Shown piece by piece: positions 51,836-55,665 of a stretch of 55,665 nt of DNA. The notes beneath the pieces are model-generated. The model worked only from the letters and a program-made list of their open reading frames with translations, did no database searches and was not told the DNA's origin. The DNA comes from [Ruminococcus] lactaris (lineage in GTDB: Bacteria > Bacteroidota > Bacteroidia > Bacteroidales > Muribaculaceae), in contig CAVEIP010000003.1 of the NCBI GenBank assembly GCA_963615935.1, positions 1-55,665 of the forward strand, given 5' to 3'. A program made the position numbers and the translations under genes. Each line of letters starts with the position of its first letter. The stretch's first letter is position 1.

Positions 51836-52939
51836 TTATTGTTCTTTTTTCAGTTTAACTTCGAGGATGGTGTGGCACTGGCCAATGTTGTCGTGCACGG
51901 CGGCGAGGGTGAGTCCTGCGCGGTCGAGCAGACCGATGATGTCGTCGGAGTGGTACATCTTGCTGTTGCCGTTGGCCATCACGGTGAAATACACGCTTGT
52001 GAGGGTGAGGCACAGCGATGCCGGCTCGTATTTCTGGCGGTTCCAGAACGACTCCATGATGTAGAGCGTGGTGTCGGCGTTCATAGCCTTTGCCGCGCGC
52101 TTGAGGATGCTCAGGATTTCCTCCTCCGAGAAGCAGTCGAGGAACTGGCTCATCCAGATGGCGTCCCAGTTGCCATCTGGCAGTTGGTTGGCAGTGTCGA
52201 GGATGTTGGTAGGGAAGCCGCTGATGCGCTCTGCGCCCGTCTTGCCCGCTATGTTTTCGCGCATCATGCCGAGTTGGCCGGGGAGGTCGACGATGGTCAC
52301 GTTGACATCCTTGTCGTAGCCCACGCAGCGGAGCGCAAACAGTCCGGTGTTGCCGCCCACGTCCATCAGTCGCTTGGGGTGCTTGGCGAAGACAATCTCC
52401 AATGCCGCGTCAAACGACACGTCGCTGTAGAAGTGGTCGAAGTTCATCCAACTCTCCTTCTCCTGCTCCGTGAGGTGCGAGAGGCCCTCGTAGATGGTAG
52501 GCCAGTCGCCGAGCGTCTTCAGTCCGGCGGGGCGTCCCTCCTTGAGCGACTCCTCCAGGTGGAACATGCCGCGGTAGTTGATGTCGTGGTTGAGGTCGAT
52601 ATTGACTCTCGTTGCGGGGTCGTTGAGCATGAACCACCCCATCTTGGAGATAGTGTAGGTGTCAGTGTCTTTGTCGATGAGGACGGTGCCGATGCTCAGC
52701 GACGCCTCAAGGAGAATCTTGAGGGCATAGTCGGAGAGCCCGGTGCGTTCTTTCAGTTGCCCGCGCGTCAGGCCGTTGGCGCTGTCGCGGAGCAGGTCGA
52801 GGATGCCGAATTTCACCATCAGGCGCGACACCTGGAACGCTACCGGTCCCCATGCAATCAGTTCAGCCATGCGCTGAGCCTCGCGAGCAGAATACTGCTC
52901 GCGAGTGTATCGGTCGCATTCAGACTTGAATAATTCCAT
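51836..52939 (-). CDS. SAM-dependent O-methyltransferase (COMT/Methyltransf_2-like, ApeB-like role)
   Basis: 367 aa. N-terminal winged-helix dimerisation-like segment, SAM motif I LMDVGGNTGLFAL and an acidic post-I residue (VTIVDLP). Confidence 0.85.
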   Translation of the reverse strand: MELFKSECDRYTREQYSAREAQRMAELIAWGPVAFQVSRLMVKFGILDLLRDSANGLTRGQLKERTGLSDYALKILLEASLSIGTVLIDKDTDTYTISKMGWFMLNDPATRVNIDLNHDINYRGMFHLEESLKEGRPAGLKTLGDWPTIYEGLSHLTEQEKESWMNFDHFYSDVSFDAALEIVFAKHPKRLMDVGGNTGLFALRCVGYDKDVNVTIVDLPGQLGMMRENIAGKTGAERISGFPTNILDTANQLPDGNWDAIWMSQFLDCFSEEEILSILKRAAKAMNADTTLYIMESFWNRQKYEPASLCLTLTSVYFTVMANGNSKMYHSDDIIGLLDRAGLTLAAVHDNIGQCHTILEVKLKKEQ

Positions 52940-53458
52940 TTATTTCAGTTTGTTGATCTCTTTGGCAACTTGCTTGTAGCCTTTTGTGATGCTGTCGGTA
53001 TAGTCGAAGTCTACGCTGCCGCGCACGTCGTCGACGTCAAACTTGAGTACAACGTTGCCAGTTGCGTTGTCGACCACTTCCATAGTGCCGCTGACAGATG
53101 TGCAGAACTGTCCCCACATGCCTGTAGCCTTTTGCTTGCGGTCGAGTGCGCCAGCCTTGAAGGTCATGGTGTACTTAGCGTCGCCGCTCTCCTGGAGTTG
53201 GAGTTTTGCGTTTTTGTTGAACTCAGCGATGAAGCCCTCGGTGTTTTTCTTCACGCGAGAGTCGTAGTCCTTGCCGCTCCAAGCCTTGAAGTCGCCTTTA
53301 TCAGCCCATTTAGCGTTTGTATAGTCGATTTTAAACACGGCTGTAGCCTCTTCTTTGAGGATGTCCTTGTTGCCTTCTGTTACTTTAATCTTACTTCCTG
53401 CCATTGCAGAGATTGTGGCAAAAATCATGCAGATTGCCAATACTAAAGTCTTTTTCAT
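52940..53458 (-). CDS. Exported Lys-rich protein of unknown function
   Basis: 172 aa. Signal peptide (MKKTLVLAICMIFATISAMAG). No motif recognised. The stop abuts the methyltransferase start with no gap. By eye it is lower in GC than its neighbours. Confidence 0.65.
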   Translation of the reverse strand: MKKTLVLAICMIFATISAMAGSKIKVTEGNKDILKEEATAVFKIDYTNAKWADKGDFKAWSGKDYDSRVKKNTEGFIAEFNKNAKLQLQESGDAKYTMTFKAGALDRKQKATGMWGQFCTSVSGTMEVVDNATGNVVLKFDVDDVRGSVDFDYTDSITKGYKQVAKEINKLK

Positions 53459-53489
53459 TTTTAGTAATGTTTTTGGTTATTAAATGGTT

Positions 53490-54716
53490 TTATTTGAATT
53501 TCTTGATTACGAGCGCCGAGTTGGTGCCGCCGAAGCCGAAACTGTTGCTGAGCACGGTGTTGATTTCCGTCTCCACGGTGTGGGCAGCGATGTTGAGTTT
53601 CTCGGAATGCTCGTCGGGGTTCTCGAAGTTGAGGTTTGGCGCCACGAAGTTGTTTTGCATCATCAGGGTGCTGTAGACAATCTCCGAGGCTCCCGCCATC
53701 CAGCATTCGTGGCCCGTCATGCCTTTCGTTGACGAGATGAGGGCGTGCTTGCCGCCAAACACACGGTTGAGCGCAATGGCTTCATACATGTCGCCCTGCT
53801 GGGTGCTTGTGGCGTGGGCGTTGACGTAGTCCACCTCGTCGGGCGCTACGCCGGCGGCGTTGAGCGCGCGGGTCATGGCAATCACGCTGCCGTCGTCCGA
53901 CGGTTGGCTGATGCCGCCGCCGTTGCTGGAGAAGCCGTAGCCCACCACCTCGGCGAGGATGGTAGCGCCGCGAGCCACTGCGTGGTCGTAGTCCTCAAGC
54001 ACGAGGGCTGCCGCGCCGCCGCTGGGGATGAGTCCGTCGCGGTCGCGGTCGAACGGGCGGCTGGCTTTCGTAGGCTCGTCCATACGCACGGAGAATGCTC
54101 CGAGGGCGTCGAACGACGCCATGGAGTAGTAGTTCGTTTCCTGGGCGCCGCCACAGAGCACCATGTCCTGCAGACCTTGCTTTATCATCATGAATCCCAA
54201 ACCGATGGAGTGGCTGCCGCTGGCGCATGCTGCGCTCACGGTGAAGTTCACTCCGCGGAGGTGGAAAATTGTGCTCATGTTCATGTTCACGGTGGAGTTC
54301 ATCGCCTGGAAGATGAAGCCGTAGCCCAGCATGGCCGAGTCGTGCTTCTCATCCATGATTTTCGACGCCTCAATCACCGGCTTTGCCGACGAGTCGTTGC
54401 CGAAGAGGCATCCCACCTCGTTCTGGCGCAGATATTCGTCGGTGACGCCCGCCTGTGCGAACGCCTGAGTACTTGCCATGTAGGCGTACTGTGCCTCCTC
54501 CGACATTCCCGCGCGGGTGTGGCGGTCGAGCATCTTTTTTGTGATTACCGGCGTTTCCACGATGCCCGTCAAGGCAGAGCGGTAGCCGTAGCCGAGGCGT
54601 TCCTCTTGGATGCCAATGCCCGAGGTGCCTGTGTATAGCGAATTTTTTACGCTTTCCAAATCTGTGCCGAGGCAGGACCAGATGCCCATGCCCGTTATCA
54701 CAACTCTTTTTCCCAT
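53490..54716 (-). CDS. Beta-ketoacyl-ACP synthase, FabF/FabB-like (stand-alone KS, ApeR-like role)
   Basis: 408 aa. VSAACASGSH (Cys), NAHATSTQQGD (His), MTGHECWMAG (His) and SFGFGGTNSALVIKK. Confidence 0.93.
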   Translation of the reverse strand: MGKRVVITGMGIWSCLGTDLESVKNSLYTGTSGIGIQEERLGYGYRSALTGIVETPVITKKMLDRHTRAGMSEEAQYAYMASTQAFAQAGVTDEYLRQNEVGCLFGNDSSAKPVIEASKIMDEKHDSAMLGYGFIFQAMNSTVNMNMSTIFHLRGVNFTVSAACASGSHSIGLGFMMIKQGLQDMVLCGGAQETNYYSMASFDALGAFSVRMDEPTKASRPFDRDRDGLIPSGGAAALVLEDYDHAVARGATILAEVVGYGFSSNGGGISQPSDDGSVIAMTRALNAAGVAPDEVDYVNAHATSTQQGDMYEAIALNRVFGGKHALISSTKGMTGHECWMAGASEIVYSTLMMQNNFVAPNLNFENPDEHSEKLNIAAHTVETEINTVLSNSFGFGGTNSALVIKKFK

Positions 54717-54740
54717 TTCTTTCTTTTTTCTTTGTCAGGT

Positions 54741-55472
54741 TTATGTGTAAAGTCCGCCGTTGATGCTAATCACCTCGCCAGTGATGTAGGCAGCCTCGTC
54801 GGAAGCAAGAAACGACACCAGTGCAGCCACCTCTTCAGGCTTGCCGAAGCGTCCGGCAGGCACCATCTTCTTCAGTTCGTCCTGCGGCAGCTCCTTGGTC
54901 ATATCGGTGTCGATAAATCCCGGAGCCACGGCGTTGACCGTGATTTTGCGCGGAGCCACCTCCTGCGCCAGAGCCTTAGTGGCGCCGATGAGCGCGGCCT
55001 TCGCGGCACTGTAGTTCACCTGTCCCGGCAATCCTTTGATGCCCGAGAGCGAAGCCATGTTGATGATGCGTCCGCCGCGTTTGCGGGGCATCATGTGCTT
55101 GAGCAGGCGGCGGGTGATGTAGAAGAATCCGTTGAGGTTGGTGTCGAGCACACTGTGCCAATCCTCGTTGGCCATCATAAACATCACATTGTCGCGGCGG
55201 ATGCCAGCGTTGTTGACCAGCACCGAGAAAAATCCGTCGGGATGGGCGCCTTCCCACTCATCGAGGGCAGCCTCGATGGCAGATGGCGAAGCCACGTCGA
55301 AGGGCAGCAGTTCGGCTGCACCGCCGTTGGCTTCTATTTCGTTGGCCACCTCTTGAGCGGCAGCCTTGTTGCTCAGATAGTTAATCACCACGCAGAATCC
55401 GTCGTTGGCAAGTCGCAGAGCCACAGCCCGACCGATGCCACGGGAACCACCCGTTACCAATGCGTATTTCAT
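54741..55472 (-). CDS. 3-oxoacyl-ACP reductase (SDR, FabG/ApeQ-like); first gene of the operon
   Basis: 243 aa. TGGSRGIGRA cofactor motif, NNAG and the catalytic YSAAK. Confidence 0.93.
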   Translation of the reverse strand: MKYALVTGGSRGIGRAVALRLANDGFCVVINYLSNKAAAQEVANEIEANGGAAELLPFDVASPSAIEAALDEWEGAHPDGFFSVLVNNAGIRRDNVMFMMANEDWHSVLDTNLNGFFYITRRLLKHMMPRKRGGRIINMASLSGIKGLPGQVNYSAAKAALIGATKALAQEVAPRKITVNAVAPGFIDTDMTKELPQDELKKMVPAGRFGKPEEVAALVSFLASDEAAYITGEVISINGGLYT

Positions 55473-55567
55473 ACAAAATCAGTTGGCCAGCGCACTTCGC
55501 CGGCGGTTTTTGTTAGTAATAGTGTTGACTGCTGGCCAAAAAGTCGTAAAGGCTGGCATTCAACTCG

Positions 55568-55575
55568 CAAATTTA
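55568..55575 (-). promoter_or_regulatory. Candidate -7 promoter box (TAAATTTG) for the biosynthetic operon
   Basis: Plus-strand CAAATTTA is TAAATTTG on the minus strand, 96 nt upstream of the ATG at 55472. No well-spaced -33 TTTG was found. Confidence 0.4.
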
Positions 55576-55610
55576 ATAAGAATTTGTAGAATAATGGCGG
55601 TTTTTGTTAT

Positions 55611-55651
55611 AAAAACAAAGCGGGGGGCGGTCGTGATGACCGTCCCCCGCT
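55611..55651 (-). terminator. Terminator hairpin for a minus-strand gene lying beyond the right edge of the window
   Basis: 14-bp stem AGCGGGGGGCGGTC (55619-55632) / GACCGTCCCCCGCT (55638-55651) with one G-U pair. On the minus strand it is followed by TTGTTTTT. This indicates that the biosynthetic operon starts a new transcription unit at about 55575. Confidence 0.6.
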
Positions 55652-55665
55652 GGGTTGCTATAGGA

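Noticed and set aside
32662-55472. Calling the cluster a flexirubin cluster outright.
   Set aside because: No DarA/DarB-type dialkylresorcinol genes (a FabH-like KS plus DarA) and no tyrosine ammonia-lyase are present. The more general label aryl-polyene/flexirubin-class type II PKS lipid cluster is used instead.

Overview
This is a 55.7-kb chromosomal window from a GC-rich member of the Bacteroidota. The phylum call rests on T9SS C-terminal sorting domains, a CarboxypepD_reg-type TonB-dependent receptor, TAnnTTTG -7 promoter boxes and a Bacteroidota-style dcw gene order. Almost all genes are on the minus strand.

Contents from left to right:
1. A small XRE-type HTH gene.
2. A three-gene operon: secreted EEP nuclease, TonB-dependent receptor, multi-OB-fold surface lipoprotein. 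It may capture and import extracellular nucleic acid.
3. An 833-aa T9SS cargo protein.
4. serS and a yqeY-like gene.
5. A complete, ordinary division/cell-wall cluster: rsmH, ftsL-like, PBP3, murE, mraY, murD, ftsW, murG, murC, ftsQ, ftsA, ftsZ. No mraZ is visible.
6. Two tandem plus-strand T9SS cargo genes, paralogous to the 833-aa protein.
7. tRNA-Leu(CAG) with its own canonical promoter and terminator, then upp, ribF and a HAD hydrolase.
8. A 490-bp intergenic region made almost entirely of repeats and hairpins.
9. A 22.8-kb, 23-gene, tightly coupled biosynthetic operon (32662-55472) of the aryl-polyene/flexirubin type II PKS lipid class.

The operon in item 9 is the most system-like object in the window and my main candidate for new biology. 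It contains:
- 3 ACPs, 3 active ketosynthases (two fused to CLF-like half domains), a ketoreductase, 2 hotdog dehydratases and a thioesterase;
- an AMP-ligase and an O-methyltransferase;
- an LpxL-type acyltransferase and three PlsC-type acyltransferase domains;
- a GT2-PlsC fusion and an MMPL-PlsC-Rossmann fusion;
- a LolA-like protein, a 4-TM DMT protein, two CrtI-like flavoproteins and a secreted hydrolase.

It has no recognisable aromatic starter-supply genes and no dialkylresorcinol genes.

Secondary items are:
- the nuclease/TBDT/OB-lipoprotein trio;
- a 108-bp three-hairpin element present twice, each time in the same orientation relative to an upstream gene's 3' end;
- a 76-bp-period tandem repeat carrying a -7 promoter box in each unit;
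- the modular T9SS paralog family.

All functional names come from reading motifs by eye. No database search was run.
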